Shown one piece after another: positions 33,279-47,252 of a stretch of DNA of 64,000 nt. A program made the position numbers and the translations under genes. Each line of letters opens with the position of its first letter. Position 1 is the first letter of the stretch. The notes below the pieces were generated by a model, which saw only the letters and a list, made by a program, of their open reading frames with translations, was not told the origin of the DNA and searched no databases. This DNA is from Escherichia coli (lineage in GTDB: Bacteria > Pseudomonadota > Gammaproteobacteria > Enterobacterales > Enterobacteriaceae): assembly GCF_030013205.1 (NCBI RefSeq), contig NZ_CP122648.1. One strand, written 5' to 3'.

Positions 33279-33384
33279 GTTACAAAATACCCCTGAAAAT
33301 AAGCACTTGCCAGGCGGCACCCACGCTATGACCGCAAACGAAATGTTTGCGGCTATGTTATGACGTTATTCGGATGCGTATGTG

Positions 33385-33843
33385 TTACTGACGACCAGAG
33401 TGACCAAAGCCGCCTTCACCGCGGTCGGTGGCGTCGAAATCTTCCACCAGATTAAATTCAGCCTGTACTACCGGAACAAAAATCATCTGGGCGATGCGTT
33501 CGCCAGGTTGAATGGTGAAGCTGTCCTGACCACGGTTCCACACGGAAATCATCAACTGGCCCTGATAGTCAGAATCGATCAATCCTACCAGGTTACCAAG
33601 CACGATACCGTGCTTATGTCCCAATCCGGAGCGCGGTAGCATCATTGCCGCCAGTGAAGGATCGGCAATATGAATCGCCAGCCCGGTCGGAACCAGCGTA
33701 GTGTCACCCGGAGCCAGTTCTACGGCGTCGTCGAGACAGGCACGCAGGTCAAGTCCGGCAGAGCCAGAGGTGGCATAAGTCGGGAGCGGAAATTCCTTCC
33801 CAACGCGCGGGTCCAGAATCTTAACGTCGATTTTTTTCATCAT
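33385..33843 (-). CDS. dut: dUTP diphosphatase, ~151-152 aa
   Basis: M(M)[35 protein letters not shown]...; first or second Met start. Confidence 0.93.
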
Positions 33844-35041
33844 AACGGGTCACGATCTCGTCGAGTAATAATTGGCCAAGGAGCTCTTTGCGCTCAAGCG
33901 GTAAGACTTTATCTCCGTCCTGCCAGAAAAGGTGTAATGCGTTGTTGTCGCTGTTAAATCCTTGAGTTGGCTGGGAAACATCGTTCGCGCAGATCAGATC
34001 AAGGTTTTTACGGATACGTTTTTGCCGGGCGTATTCTTCCACATTATTTGTTTCGGCGGCAAATCCAACGACGTAGGGTCGATGGTCTTTTAGTGCGGCA
34101 ACGCCTGCGACGATATCGGGGTTTTTAACCATTTTTATTGTTAATTCATCACCCTGCGTGGCCTGCTTTTTGATTTTCTCTGGGGCCACGGTAGCTGCGC
34201 GATAATCCGCCACGGCGGCACAGCCGATAAAAATATTTTGCTGCTGTACAGAAGCATTCACGGCCGCTTCCATTTCCAGCGCGGTCATCACATCAACACG
34301 TTTAACAAACGGTGGCGTCGGTAGTGAAACCGGACCTGATACCAGCGTGACGTTCGCGCCACGACGGGCAGCGGCGGCGGCGATAGCAAAACCCATCTTG
34401 CCTGAGCTGTGATTAGAGATATAACGCACCGGATCGAGCGGTTCACGCGTCGGGCCGGCGGTAATCATAATGTTCAGATGTTTCAGGTCGTTGACGGGCG
34501 AAAAATGCGCTACCGCCATATCAACAATGGTTAACGGATCGAGCATTCGCCCAGGGCCGATATCACCACAAGCCTGACTGCCACTGTCTGGCCCCCAGAT
34601 GAGCAAACCACGGGAAGCAAGCACCTCTAAATTATGCTGCGTGGCAGCGGCACGGTACATCTGCTGGTTCATGGCGGGGAGCACGGCTACAGGCGCAGGT
34701 GTGGCCAGACAAATCGTCGATACCAGATCATTCGCCATTCCGGCAGCAACACGGGCAATCAAATCTGCCGTGGCAGGGGCGAGAATCACTAAATCAGCCC
34801 ATTTACCCAGCTCAATATGGCCCATAGCGGCTTCGGCTGCCGGGTCCAGCAGACTGTCGGAAACGGGATAACCAGAAACCGCCTGCAAGCTAAGTGGGGT
34901 GATAAAGGCTTTTGCCGCTTCGGTCATGGCTACGCGGACGTCGGCCCCGCGATCGCGCAAACGACGCACCAGTTCAGGGGTTTTATAGGCAGCAATACCG
35001 CCGCTGACGCCGAGAACGATTTTTTTACCGGCCAGGCTCAT
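33821..35041 (-). CDS. coaBC: Bifunctional phosphopantothenoylcysteine decarboxylase/synthetase CoaBC (Dfp), 406 aa
   Basis: [37 protein letters not shown]...; start at the internal Met of the 430-aa track ORF. Confidence 0.93.
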
Positions 35042-35212
35042 GATGATTTTTCCTGTTAGGTGACACCAGAAGTTGGCGATTTTATCACAATACTTTTGTT
35101 GTCGTGCCTTCACCTGAGAATCACTTTGCGAGGCGCTTTCCAGGATTGAAAACTGGCCGTCGATTTAACGGAACGGCTATGACAGGATGCGAGCACCACA
35201 AAGGAGGTGAAG

Positions 35213-35881
35213 GTGAAAAACAATTCACAGCTGTTGATGCCGCGCGAAAAAATGCTGAAGTTTGGTATTAGCGCCTTAACGGATGTCGAGCTGCTGGCGC
35301 TATTTCTGCGTACCGGAACGCGCGGTAAAGATGTATTAACCCTGGCAAAAGAGATGCTGGAGAATTTCGGCTCTCTTTATGGCTTGTTAACCTCTGAATA
35401 TGAACAATTTAGTGGCGTTCATGGAATTGGCGTGGCGAAATTTGCCCAGTTAAAGGGGATTGCTGAACTGGCGCGGCGTTACTACAACGTGCGGATGCGT
35501 GAAGAAAGCCCTTTACTCAGCCCGGAGATGACGAGGGAATTTTTACAAAGCCAGCTCACGGGTGAGGAGCGGGAGATCTTTATGGTGATCTTTCTCGACT
35601 CCCAACACCGGGTTATAACGCATAGCCGCCTTTTTTCCGGCACGCTAAACCATGTTGAAGTCCATCCTCGGGAAATTATCCGCGAAGCGATAAAAATAAA
35701 TGCCTCGGCGCTGATCCTTGCACATAATCACCCTTCGGGTTGTGCTGAACCCAGTAAAGCGGATAAACTCATTACTGAACGGATAATAAAGAGTTGTCAG
35801 TTCATGGATTTACGCGTGCTCGACCATATCGTGATTGGGCGTGGAGAGTATGTTTCTTTTGCCGAACGCGGCTGGATTTAA
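35213..35881 (+). CDS. radC: RadC/YicR-family JAB-domain protein (UPF0758), ~222 aa
   Basis: ...[33 protein letters not shown]... HNHPSG JAMM motif; start at the second GTG with AAGGAGG Shine-Dalgarno (track ORF starts 6 nt earlier). Confidence 0.85.
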   Translation: MKNNSQLLMPREKMLKFGISALTDVELLALFLRTGTRGKDVLTLAKEMLENFGSLYGLLTSEYEQFSGVHGIGVAKFAQLKGIAELARRYYNVRMREESPLLSPEMTREFLQSQLTGEEREIFMVIFLDSQHRVITHSRLFSGTLNHVEVHPREIIREAIKINASALILAHNHPSGCAEPSKADKLITERIIKSCQFMDLRVLDHIVIGRGEYVSFAERGWI

Positions 35882-36076
35882 CCCGCTATGCGCGATCCTT
35901 CGGGATCTTTGTCTGTTCGGGACTTGAGCACATCGCTGAGTCAGCGTATACTACGCCACCTTTGAGAATCTCGGGTTTGGCATTTGGGCCTGGCAATCGA
36001 GAGTTCACATAGAACTGCGATGACCGGGCTGTAAAGCCTGACGAGGCGCCAATACCCCATACGAAGCTCGAGCTAA

Positions 36077-36334
<258 letters not shown>

Positions 36335-36351
36335 GTACTTAGAGGAAATAA

Positions 36352-36522
<171 letters not shown>

Positions 36523-36540
36523 TTCTCGCTTTGATGTAAC

Positions 36541-36568
36541 AAAAAACCTCGCTCCGGCGGGGTTTTTT
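36541..36568 (+). terminator. Probable intrinsic terminator after rpmG
   Basis: AAAAAACC...GC-rich stem...GGTTTTTT symmetric element about 20 bp after the rpmG stop. Confidence 0.6.
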
Positions 36569-36619
36569 GTTATCTGCTTGCCCCCATATTGACTGCATCT
36601 GTTCATTCCTGGAGATGCT

Positions 36620-37429
36620 ATGCCTGAATTACCCGAAGTTGAAACCAGCCGTCGCGGCATAGAACCGCATCTCGTTGGTGCAACCATTCTTCATGCGGTG
36701 GTGCGCAACGGACGCTTGCGCTGGCCGGTTTCAGAAGAGATCTACCGTTTAAGCGACCAACCAGTGCTTAGCGTGCAGCGGCGGGCTAAATATCTGCTGC
36801 TGGAGCTGCCTGAGGGCTGGATTATCATTCATTTGGGGATGTCTGGCAGCCTGCGCATCCTTCCAGAAGAACTTCCCCCTGAAAAGCATGACCATGTTGA
36901 TTTGGTGATGAGCAACGGTAAAGTGCTGCGCTACACCGATCCGCGCCGCTTTGGTGCCTGGCTGTGGACCAAAGAGCTGGAAGGGCACAACGTGCTGGTC
37001 CATCTTGGACCGGAGCCGCTTAGCGACGATTTCAACGGTGAGTACCTGCATCAGAAGTGCGAGAAGAAAAAAACGGCGATTAAACCGTGGCTGATGGATA
37101 ACAAGCTGGTGGTAGGGGTAGGGAATATCTATGCCAGCGAATCTCTGTTTGCGGCGGGGATCCATCCGGATCGGCTGGCGTCATCACTGTCGCTGGCAGA
37201 GTGTGAATTGCTGGCTCGGGTGATTAAAGCGGTGTTGCTGCGTTCGATTGAGCAGGGCGGTACAACGCTGAAAGATTTTCTGCAAAGCGACGGTAAACCG
37301 GGCTATTTCGCTCAAGAATTGCAGGTTTACGGGCGAAAAGGCGAGCCGTGTCGTGTGTGCGGTACGCCGATTGTGGCGACTAAACATGCGCAGCGGGCAA
37401 CGTTTTATTGTCGGCAGTGCCAGAAGTAA
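36620..37429 (+). CDS. mutM: Formamidopyrimidine-DNA glycosylase (Fpg), 269 aa
   Basis: [20 protein letters not shown]... N-terminal PELPEVE catalytic motif and C-terminal zinc finger CxxC...CxxC. Confidence 0.96.
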   Translation: MPELPEVETSRRGIEPHLVGATILHAVVRNGRLRWPVSEEIYRLSDQPVLSVQRRAKYLLLELPEGWIIIHLGMSGSLRILPEELPPEKHDHVDLVMSNGKVLRYTDPRRFGAWLWTKELEGHNVLVHLGPEPLSDDFNGEYLHQKCEKKKTAIKPWLMDNKLVVGVGNIYASESLFAAGIHPDRLASSLSLAECELLARVIKAVLLRSIEQGGTTLKDFLQSDGKPGYFAQELQVYGRKGEPCRVCGTPIVATKHAQRATFYCRQCQK

Positions 37430-37438
37430 TTCATGCGC

Positions 37439-37460
37439 GCCGGATGGCATACCATCCGGC
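37439..37460. terminator. Hairpin (GCCGGATGG-CATA-CCATCCGGC) between convergent mutM and coaD
   Basis: 9-bp perfect inverted repeat in the 38-bp spacer. Confidence 0.6.
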
Positions 37461-37467
37461 ATAAACG

Positions 37468-39232
<1,765 letters not shown>

Positions 39233-39583
39233 AGTAAATAGCTGACTTATGGATGTGCTGGGGATTCTATGTATTTAGCTGTGGCTTTACCATTACTTTT
39301 CCCGTTTTTGACTTAAATAGCAATTTACCCGCCAATTCTTGCTGAACATCTATACTTTTTTTGTATTTTTATGCGATTCATTGATTTCTGCAGTACGTGC
39401 AGGAAGGAATCGCAGAGCAACAGTGAAAGAATATGGTTGCTAATGATTTTATTTGATTGATTTCTTTATTGAAAATCAACAATGTGCTTAAAAATCATTC
39501 GGGTCGGATTGCCGCGAAAGAAGTGATACACTAGCGCGTCAATATCAGTGCGGTATCAGTATTCAGGTAGCTGTTGAGCCTGG

Positions 39584-39595
39584 GGCGGTAGCGTG
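39584..39595 (+). promoter_or_regulatory. ops element (GGCGGTAGCGTG) within the JUMPstart leader of the waaQ operon; RfaH recruitment site
   Basis: Exact GGCGGTAGCGTG ~50 bp upstream of the waaQ start in the waaA-waaQ divergent region. Confidence 0.85.
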
Positions 39596-39644
39596 CTTTT
39601 TCTGCTTCACCTTAATCGGATAATCTCAACAAAAAGAGTTACTT

Positions 39645-40703
39645 GTGGATAAGCCATTTCGAAGAATTTTGCTCATTAAGATGCGTTTTCATGGGGATAT
39701 GTTATTAACTACTCCCGTCATTAGTTCGCTGAAAAAAAATTACCCTGACGCAAAAATCGATGTGCTGCTTTATCAGGACACCATCCCGATCCTGTCTGAA
39801 AATCCAGAGATTAACGCGCTCTACGGCATAAAAAATAAAAAAGCAAAAGCCTCAGAAAAAATTGCCAACTTTTTTCATCTCATCAAGGTATTACGTGCCA
39901 ATAAGTATGACCTTATCGTCAATCTTACCGATCAATGGATGGTTGCTATACTGGTTCGCTTATTAAATGCCCGTGTGAAAATTTCCCAGGATTATCATCA
40001 TCGGCAGTCTGCTTTTTGGCGTAATAGTTTCACTCATTTGGTGCCGTTGCAGGGTGGAAATGTGGTGGAAAGTAACTTATCCGTGCTGACGCCATTGGGA
40101 GTTGATTCGTTGGTGAAGCAGACAACCATGAGTTACCCGCCTGCAAGCTGGAAACGTATGCGTTGCGAACTTGATCACGCTGGTGTTGGACAAAATTATG
40201 TGGTTATCCAACCTACGGCGCGGCAAATCTTCAAATGCTGGGACAACGCCAAGTTTTCCGCTGTGATTGATGCCTTACATGCTCGTGGTTATGAAGTCGT
40301 TCTGACGTCCGGCCCAGATAAAGACGATCTGGTCTGCGTCAATAAAATTGCGCAGGGATGCCAGACGCCACCAGTAACGGCGCTGGCCGGAAAGGTGACC
40401 TTCCCGGAACTTGGTGCGTTAATCGATCATGCGCAGCTGTTTATTGGCGTTGATTCCGCACCGGCGCATATTGCCGCAGCAGTTAATACGCCGCTGATAT
40501 CGCTGTTTGGTGCGACAGACCATATTTTCTGGCGTCCCTGGTCAAATAACATGATTCAATTCTGGGCGGGAGATTACCGGGAAATGCCAACGCGCGATCA
40601 GCGTGACCGAAATGAGATGTATCTTTCGGTTATTCCGGCGGCAGATGTCATTGCTGCTGTCGATAAATTACTGCCCTCCTCCACGACAGGTACGTCGTTA
40701 TGA
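39645..40703 (+). CDS. waaQ: LPS heptosyltransferase III WaaQ (GT9), ~340-352 aa
   Basis: ...RILLIKMRFHGDMLLTTPVISSLKKNYPDAKIDVLLYQDT...; track ORF begins at a GTG; true start not resolved. Confidence 0.88.
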   Translation: MDKPFRRILLIKMRFHGDMLLTTPVISSLKKNYPDAKIDVLLYQDTIPILSENPEINALYGIKNKKAKASEKIANFFHLIKVLRANKYDLIVNLTDQWMVAILVRLLNARVKISQDYHHRQSAFWRNSFTHLVPLQGGNVVESNLSVLTPLGVDSLVKQTTMSYPPASWKRMRCELDHAGVGQNYVVIQPTARQIFKCWDNAKFSAVIDALHARGYEVVLTSGPDKDDLVCVNKIAQGCQTPPVTALAGKVTFPELGALIDHAQLFIGVDSAPAHIAAAVNTPLISLFGATDHIFWRPWSNNMIQFWAGDYREMPTRDQRDRNEMYLSVIPAADVIAAVDKLLPSSTTGTSL

Positions 40704-41824
40704 TCGTTGCTTTTTGTTTATATAAATATTTTCCCTTTGGCGGTTTGCAGCGCGATTTTATGCGTATTGCTCAGACAGTCGCCGCCCGAGGTCATCATGT
40801 TCGGGTTTATACCCAGTCGTGGGAAGGCGAATGTCCTGATGTATTTGAACTGATCAAAGTGCCGGTTAAATCGCATACCAATCACGGGCGCAATGCGGAG
40901 TATTTTGCCTGGGTGCAAAAACATTTACGCGAACATCCCGTCGATAAAGTCGTTGGATTCAACAAAATGCCGGGGCTGGACGTTTATTATGCCGCTGATG
41001 TTTGTTATGCCGAGAAAGTAGCGCAGGAAAAAGGCTTTTTCTATCGCCTGACGTCACGTTATCGCCATTATGCCGCCTTTGAGCGGGCAACCTTCGAACA
41101 GGGCAAGCCGACACAGCTGCTGATGCTGACAGATAAGCAAATCGCCGATTTCCAGAAACATTATCAGACTGAAGCGGAGCGTTTTCATATTCTGCCACCG
41201 GGGATTTATCCTGATCGTAAATATAGCCAGCAGCCAGCTAATAGCCGTGAAATCTTCCGTAAGAAGAATGGAATAACCGAACAACAATATTTATTGTTGC
41301 AGGTCGGTTCAGACTTCACGCGTAAAGGTGTCGATCGTTCCATTGAAGCACTTGCTTCGTTACCGGATTCGCTGCGCCACAACACATTGCTATATGTTGT
41401 TGGGCAGGATAAACCGCGAAAATTTGAGGCGCTGGCAGAAAAACGCGGCGTGCGCAGTAATGTTCACTTCTTCTCGGGGCGCAACGATGTCTCGGAATTA
41501 ATGGCGGCGGCGGATTTATTACTGCATCCTGCCTACCAGGAAGCGGCGGGAATTGTGCTGCTGGAAGCGATTACTGCAGGATTACCGGTACTAACAACAG
41601 CCGTTTGTGGCTATGCGCCTTATATTGTCGAGGCCAATTGCGGCGAGGCTATTGCTGAGCCATTCCGCCAGGAAACATTGAATGAGATTTTACGCAAAGC
41701 GTTAACGCAATTTTCATTGCGCCAGGCCTGGGCGGAAAATGCGCGACATTATGCTGATACACAAGATTTATACAGTCTGCCAGAGAAAGCGGCGGATATC
41801 ATAACGGGTGGTCTGGATGGTTGA
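40700..41824 (+). CDS. waaG: LPS glucosyltransferase I WaaG (GT4), 374 aa
   Basis: [43 protein letters not shown]... Confidence 0.93.
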   Translation: MIVAFCLYKYFPFGGLQRDFMRIAQTVAARGHHVRVYTQSWEGECPDVFELIKVPVKSHTNHGRNAEYFAWVQKHLREHPVDKVVGFNKMPGLDVYYAADVCYAEKVAQEKGFFYRLTSRYRHYAAFERATFEQGKPTQLLMLTDKQIADFQKHYQTEAERFHILPPGIYPDRKYSQQPANSREIFRKKNGITEQQYLLLQVGSDFTRKGVDRSIEALASLPDSLRHNTLLYVVGQDKPRKFEALAEKRGVRSNVHFFSGRNDVSELMAAADLLLHPAYQEAAGIVLLEAITAGLPVLTTAVCGYAPYIVEANCGEAIAEPFRQETLNEILRKALTQFSLRQAWAENARHYADTQDLYSLPEKAADIITGGLDG

Positions 41825-42614
41825 ACTTAAAGAGCCGTTTGCCACGTTATGGCGCGGAAAAGATCCTTTTGAGGAAGTTAAAACTTTGCAGGGTGAGGTA
41901 TTTCGTGAACTGGAAACTCGCCGTACTCTGCGCTTTGAAATGGCGGGCAAAAGCTATTTTCTCAAATGGCATCGCGGCACGACCCTGAAAGAGATAATCA
42001 AAAATTTACTCTCATTGCGGATGCCAGTATTAGGCGCAGACCGCGAATGGAATGCGATTCATCGACTGCGGGATGTCGGCGTTGATACTATGTATGGGGT
42101 GGCATTTGGCGAAAAAGGCATGAATCCGCTTACCAGAACTTCATTTATTATTACCGAAGATCTGACACCAACCATAAGTCTGGAAGATTACTGTGCTGAC
42201 TGGGCGACTAACCCTCCAGATGTTCGCGTAAAGCGTATGCTTATTAAGCGTGTCGCGACGATGGTGCGCGATATGCATGCTGCGGGCATTAACCACCGTG
42301 ACTGTTATATCTGTCATTTCCTGCTGCACTTGCCTTTTTCCGGTAAGGAAGAGGAGTTAAAAATTTCGGTAATTGACCTGCACCGGGCGCAGCTTCGCAC
42401 GCGCGTTCCACGTCGTTGGCGCGATAAAGATCTTATAGGGCTTTATTTTTCTTCGATGAATATTGGCCTGACTCAGCGGGATATCTGGCGGTTTATGAAA
42501 GTGTATTTTGTCGCCCCGCTTAAAGACATTCTCAAGCAGGAACAAGGGCTGCTGTCGCAAGCAGAAGCAAAAGCCACAAAAATCAGGGAAAGAACGATTC
42601 GAAAATCGTTGTAA
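41817..42614 (+). CDS. waaP: LPS core heptose(I) kinase WaaP, 265 aa
   Basis: [54 protein letters not shown]... Confidence 0.93.
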   Translation: MVELKEPFATLWRGKDPFEEVKTLQGEVFRELETRRTLRFEMAGKSYFLKWHRGTTLKEIIKNLLSLRMPVLGADREWNAIHRLRDVGVDTMYGVAFGEKGMNPLTRTSFIITEDLTPTISLEDYCADWATNPPDVRVKRMLIKRVATMVRDMHAAGINHRDCYICHFLLHLPFSGKEEELKISVIDLHRAQLRTRVPRRWRDKDLIGLYFSSMNIGLTQRDIWRFMKVYFVAPLKDILKQEQGLLSQAEAKATKIRERTIRKSL

Positions 42615-42629
42615 TTTCCGGAGAGAAAT

Positions 42630-43646
42630 ATGAGTGCCCACTATTTTAATCCACAAGAGATGATCAATAAGACAATCATCTTCGATGAAAGGCCAGCGGC
42701 GTCAGTGGCATCATCATTCCATGTTGCTTATGGCATTGATAAAAACTTTCTTTTTGGTTGTGGTGTTTCAATCACGTCAGTTTTGTTACATAACAACGAC
42801 GTGAGTTTTGTTTTCCACGTTTTTATTGATGATATCCCTGAAGCCGATATCCAGCGTTTAGCCCAATTGGCGAAAAGCTATCGTACCTGTATCCAGATCC
42901 ATCTAGTAAATTGTGAACGGCTTAAGGCATTACCGACGACCAAAAATTGGTCTATTGCCATGTATTTCCGTTTTGTAATTGCAGATTACTTTATTGATCA
43001 ACAAGATAAGATCCTTTACCTGGATGCTGATATCGCCTGTCAGGGAAACTTAAAGCCGCTGATAACAATGGATCTTGCCAATAACGTTGCTGCTGTTGTT
43101 ACTGAACGCGATGCTAACTGGTGGTCGTTACGGGGTCAAAGTCTGCAGTGTAATGAACTTGAAAAGGGTTACTTTAATTCAGGTGTCCTGTTAATTAATA
43201 CACTAGCGTGGGCGCAGGAGTCCGTTTCTGCTAAAGCGATGTCGATGCTTGCTGATAAAGCCATCGTTTCCCGTTTAACCTATATGGATCAAGATATCCT
43301 TAATCTTATCCTGTTAGGGAAAATTAAATTCATTGATGCTAAATACAATACGCAATTTAGTTTAAATTATGAATTAAAAAAATCATTTGTTTGTCCAATT
43401 AATGATGAAACCGTATTAATTCATTATGTCGGCCCGACAAAACCCTGGCATTACTGGGCCGGTTATCCAAGTGCGCAACCTTTTATCAAAGCCAAAGAAG
43501 CATCGCCCTGGAAAAATGAACCGTTAATGCGGCCAGTTAACTCAAACTATGCTCGTTATTGCGCCAAGCATAATTTTAAACAAAATAAACCAATTAACGG
43601 GATAATGAATTATATTTATTATTTTTATTTAAAGATAATAAAATGA
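42630..43646 (+). CDS. waaO: GT8 outer-core alpha-glycosyltransferase, first after waaP (WaaO-like, Glc II transferase), 338 aa
   Basis: GT8 hallmarks YGIDKNFLFG, DxD region (LYLDADI) and TKPWHYWAGYPSA; positional equivalent of waaO. Confidence 0.6.
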   Translation: MSAHYFNPQEMINKTIIFDERPAASVASSFHVAYGIDKNFLFGCGVSITSVLLHNNDVSFVFHVFIDDIPEADIQRLAQLAKSYRTCIQIHLVNCERLKALPTTKNWSIAMYFRFVIADYFIDQQDKILYLDADIACQGNLKPLITMDLANNVAAVVTERDANWWSLRGQSLQCNELEKGYFNSGVLLINTLAWAQESVSAKAMSMLADKAIVSRLTYMDQDILNLILLGKIKFIDAKYNTQFSLNYELKKSFVCPINDETVLIHYVGPTKPWHYWAGYPSAQPFIKAKEASPWKNEPLMRPVNSNYARYCAKHNFKQNKPINGIMNYIYYFYLKIIK

Positions 43647-43662
43647 AATTGAGAAAAGTTAA

Positions 43663-44658
43663 ATGAATGAATTTATAAAAGAACGGTTTTCGTATTTAGC
43701 AGATAATAAAAAAGAAAACGCCCCAGAGCTAAATGTTTCCTACGGTATCGATAAGAATTTTTTGTATGGTGCTGGCGTTTCAATTTCTTCCGTTTTGATT
43801 AATAATTCAGATATTAATTTTGTCTTTCATGTTTTCACTGATTATGTGGATGATGATTATTTAAAGTCATTTAATGAAACAGCAAAACAATTTAATACCT
43901 CAATTATTGTATATTTAATTGACCCCAAATACTTTGCTGATCTGCCGACGTCACAGTTTTGGTCGTACGCGACATACTTCAGGGTATTGTCTTTTGAATA
44001 TCTGAGTGAAAGTATTTCCACACTGCTGTATCTGGATGCCGATGTTGTTTGTAAAGGAAGCCTGAAACCTCTCACAGAAATTATATTTAAAGATGAGTTT
44101 GCTGCGGTCATTCCTGACAATGATAGTACTCAGGCGGCATGTGCAAAACGCCTCAACATTCCCGAAATGAATGGACGTTATTTCAATGCAGGCGTTATCT
44201 ATGTCAATCTTAAAAAATGGCATGAAGCAAATTTGACACCGTATTTACTCAAACTTTTACGAGGGGAAACTAAATATGGCTCTCTTAAATATTTAGATCA
44301 GGATGCGTTGAATATCGCATTTAATATGAATAATATCTACCTTGCGAAGGATTTTGATACTATTTATACCCTGAAAAACGAACTTTATGATCGTAGTCAT
44401 CGAAAGTATCAGCAAACCATTACCGATAAAACAGTGTTGATTCACTATACAGGGATAACTAAACCATGGCATAGCTGGGCTGGATATCCGTCTGCATCAT
44501 ACTTTAATATCGCGCGTGAACAATCTCCCTGGAAGAAATATCCTCTTAAAGAGGCGCGGACTGTTGCAGAAATGCAGAAACAATATAAGCATCTGTTTGC
44601 CCATGGTGAGTATATTAAAGGCATAACTTCATTAATTAAGTACAAGCTTAAGAAATAA
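43663..44658 (+). CDS. waaT: GT8 outer-core alpha-glycosyltransferase, second paralogue (WaaT-like in R1/R4 nomenclature), 331 aa
   Basis: YGIDKNFLYGAG, LYLDADV, TKPWHSWAGYPSA; symbol assigned by gene order only. Confidence 0.5.
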   Translation: MNEFIKERFSYLADNKKENAPELNVSYGIDKNFLYGAGVSISSVLINNSDINFVFHVFTDYVDDDYLKSFNETAKQFNTSIIVYLIDPKYFADLPTSQFWSYATYFRVLSFEYLSESISTLLYLDADVVCKGSLKPLTEIIFKDEFAAVIPDNDSTQAACAKRLNIPEMNGRYFNAGVIYVNLKKWHEANLTPYLLKLLRGETKYGSLKYLDQDALNIAFNMNNIYLAKDFDTIYTLKNELYDRSHRKYQQTITDKTVLIHYTGITKPWHSWAGYPSASYFNIAREQSPWKKYPLKEARTVAEMQKQYKHLFAHGEYIKGITSLIKYKLKK

Positions 44659-44667
44659 ATTACTATT

Positions 44668-45360
44668 ATGATTACAAGTATACGCTATCGCGGCTTCTCA
44701 TTTTATTACAAAGATAATGATAATAAATATAAAGAAATCTTTGATGAAATACTGGCCTATAATTTTAAAACAGTAAAAGTATTACGTAATATTGATGATA
44801 CCAAAGTATCGTTGATTGATACGAAATATGGTCGCTATGTTTTTAAAGTCTTTGCCCCGAAAACGAAAAGGAATGAACGTTTTTTAAAATCTTTTGTAAA
44901 AGGTGACTACTATCAGAATTTGATCGTTGAAACCGATCGTGTCAGAAGTGCAGGTCTTACTTTTCCTAATGATTTTTATTTTCTGGCTGAGCGTAAAATT
45001 TTCAACTATGCCAGTGTTTTTATCATGCTTATCGAGTATGTCGAGGGCGTAGAGCTCAATGATATGCCGATTATTCCAGAAAATGTTAAAGCAGAAATTA
45101 AGGCTTCAATGGAAAAATTGCATGCCTTAAATATGCTATCGGGCGACCCACACCGGGGTAACTTTATCGTTAGTAAAGATGGTGTCAGGATAATTGACCT
45201 ATCCGGTAAAAGCTGTACGGCAGAGCGGAAAGCTCGTGATCGTCTGGCCATGGAACGTCACCTGGGTATTGCCAACGAAATAAAAGATTATGGCTACTAT
45301 TCAGTAATCTACAGAACCAAACTACGCAAATTTATTAAAAAATTAAAAGGCAAAGCGTAA
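44668..45360 (+). CDS. waaY: LPS core heptose(II) kinase WaaY, 230 aa
   Basis: Small kinase-like protein (…SGDPHRGNFIV…IDLSGK…) between outer-core glycosyltransferases, as in known waa clusters. Confidence 0.8.
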   Translation: MITSIRYRGFSFYYKDNDNKYKEIFDEILAYNFKTVKVLRNIDDTKVSLIDTKYGRYVFKVFAPKTKRNERFLKSFVKGDYYQNLIVETDRVRSAGLTFPNDFYFLAERKIFNYASVFIMLIEYVEGVELNDMPIIPENVKAEIKASMEKLHALNMLSGDPHRGNFIVSKDGVRIIDLSGKSCTAERKARDRLAMERHLGIANEIKDYGYYSVIYRTKLRKFIKKLKGKA

Positions 45361-45385
45361 ACCACACAGTCAAAACGGAACCAAC

Positions 45386-46414
45386 ATGGATTTATTAGCT
45401 GAGAGTATTACTGAAGTCGCTGTCTCTGGGGAAATTGCTAACACCGATCGTGTGTTAAATATCGCTTACGGTATTGACCGTAATTTTTTATTTGGTGCGG
45501 CCGTATCTATGCAATCAGTTGTTATGCATAACCCGGACCTTGCGGTTAAGTTTCATCTCTTTACCGACTACATTGATGAAGATTATCTACAACGTGTTAA
45601 CGCTTTTACCAGCAAAAATGCTAACGTTGAAGTAAGAATTTATAAAGTCTCCAGTGCCTTTATTGATATTTTCCCCAGCCTGAAACAGTGGTCTTATGCA
45701 ACATTCTTCCGTTTGGTTGCGTTCCAGTATCTGAGTGAAACTATTGAAAATCTGTTATATATCGATGCTGATGTCATCTGTAAAGGCTCATTAGCTGGAT
45801 TGCTTGATATTAATTTTGATGGCGATAAGTTCGCAGCTGTTATTAAAGATGTGCCTTTTATGCAGGAAAAACCAGCGAAGCGTCTGGCTATAGAGGGACT
45901 TCCAGGTAATTATTTCAACGCCGGTGTAGTATATCTGCAGCTTGAAGCATGGGCGAAAAATGATTTTATGAATAAAGCCATTGCTATGCTGGCAAGTGAC
46001 CCGCAGCATACGAAGTATAAATGCCTTGATCAGGATATTTTAAATATTCTGTTCTTTGGTCATTGTATTTTTATTAGCGGCGATTATGATTGCTTTTATG
46101 GCATTGACTATGAGTTAAAAAATAAAAGCGATGAAGATTATAAAAAGACCATTACCGATGATACTAAGCTGATTCATTATGTTGGCGTAACGAAGCCCTG
46201 GAACGACTGGACGAATTATCCCTGCCAGAAGTATTTTAATGAGGCTTATCAGGCTTCTTGCTGGAATGATGTGGCGTTTATTCCAGCCACGAATGAAAAG
46301 CAGTATCAAGTGAAATCCAGACATTTGAAAAGAAATGGTAAAATTGCATCTTCATTTTACTATTTCATGCTCTATTATAGTAAGAAAATAGCGCGTAAGC
46401 ATTTTTCCAAATAA
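45386..46414 (+). CDS. waaW: GT8 outer-core alpha-glycosyltransferase, third paralogue (WaaW-like), 342 aa
   Basis: YGIDRNFLFGAA, LYIDADV, TKPWNDWTNYP; symbol assigned by gene order only. Confidence 0.5.
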   Translation: MDLLAESITEVAVSGEIANTDRVLNIAYGIDRNFLFGAAVSMQSVVMHNPDLAVKFHLFTDYIDEDYLQRVNAFTSKNANVEVRIYKVSSAFIDIFPSLKQWSYATFFRLVAFQYLSETIENLLYIDADVICKGSLAGLLDINFDGDKFAAVIKDVPFMQEKPAKRLAIEGLPGNYFNAGVVYLQLEAWAKNDFMNKAIAMLASDPQHTKYKCLDQDILNILFFGHCIFISGDYDCFYGIDYELKNKSDEDYKKTITDDTKLIHYVGVTKPWNDWTNYPCQKYFNEAYQASCWNDVAFIPATNEKQYQVKSRHLKRNGKIASSFYYFMLYYSKKIARKHFSK

Positions 46415-46445
46415 TTATTAAGATTAATCATCCAGAGATTTTTTA

Positions 46446-47213
46446 ATGAACTTGCCCATTTATATTGTCTCACTTAAAAGAGATATTGAGCGAAGAAATA
46501 AAATAAATGATGTTTTTCATCGATTAAATATTAATTTTGATTTTTTTGATGCCATAGATGCTAAAGACCCTCAAAATAAAGAAATTATTGATAAAATGAG
46601 ATTAAGTGGTGTCGGCGCAGAAATGACTGATGGAGAAATTGCTTGTACATTAAGTCATCAGCTTATATATCAGGATATGATAGATAAAAATATAGAATGG
46701 GCAGTCATTCTCGAGGATGATGTTATCGTCAATGAGAAATTTAAAAAATTTCTGCAATATTTTAATCTTTCTGAAAAAGACAAGTTAAAACATAATAATT
46801 TGTATTTGCTTGGAGGACAGAAAGGATTACATGATTATCCGGTATTGGGGCAAAGCCTTTTTAGTAAAGTTAAGGTAAGTACTTGTACTTTTCGGCGTGT
46901 TAATTTCAATAAAAATAAAATTCGGCGTACATGTTCATATTTGATGAATAAAGATATGGCACAAAAGTTGCTCAAATTGACAAAGGATTATGGCACCTAT
47001 CGAGCTGATAGCTGGAAGTTAATGCATCAACATAATATTATAAAAGAGTTTTATTTAGACGAAATAATATTACATCCTATTTTAAATGAGTTTAATAGTC
47101 ATCTTGAAAGTGAAAGGCTATTAACATCGGAAAAAAAACAACCTAGAACAAGGCTTCAGAAAAGAATGAAGTTTATACGCTCCTGGATAAAGGTGGCTTT
47201 TTTTCTCTTTTGA
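46446..47213 (+). CDS. GT25-family LPS beta-glycosyltransferase (WaaV/WaaX-like; Lic2A/LgtB-like), 255 aa
   Basis: IYIVSLKRDIERR ... FFDAIDA ... TLSHQ ... ILEDDV motifs typical of GT25; cannot tell WaaV (R1) from WaaX (R4) by eye. Confidence 0.65.
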   Translation: MNLPIYIVSLKRDIERRNKINDVFHRLNINFDFFDAIDAKDPQNKEIIDKMRLSGVGAEMTDGEIACTLSHQLIYQDMIDKNIEWAVILEDDVIVNEKFKKFLQYFNLSEKDKLKHNNLYLLGGQKGLHDYPVLGQSLFSKVKVSTCTFRRVNFNKNKIRRTCSYLMNKDMAQKLLKLTKDYGTYRADSWKLMHQHNIIKEFYLDEIILHPILNEFNSHLESERLLTSEKKQPRTRLQKRMKFIRSWIKVAFFLF

Positions 47214-47252
47214 AATGAGATTGTTAATTTCAATTTGTTGTGAGATATTAAC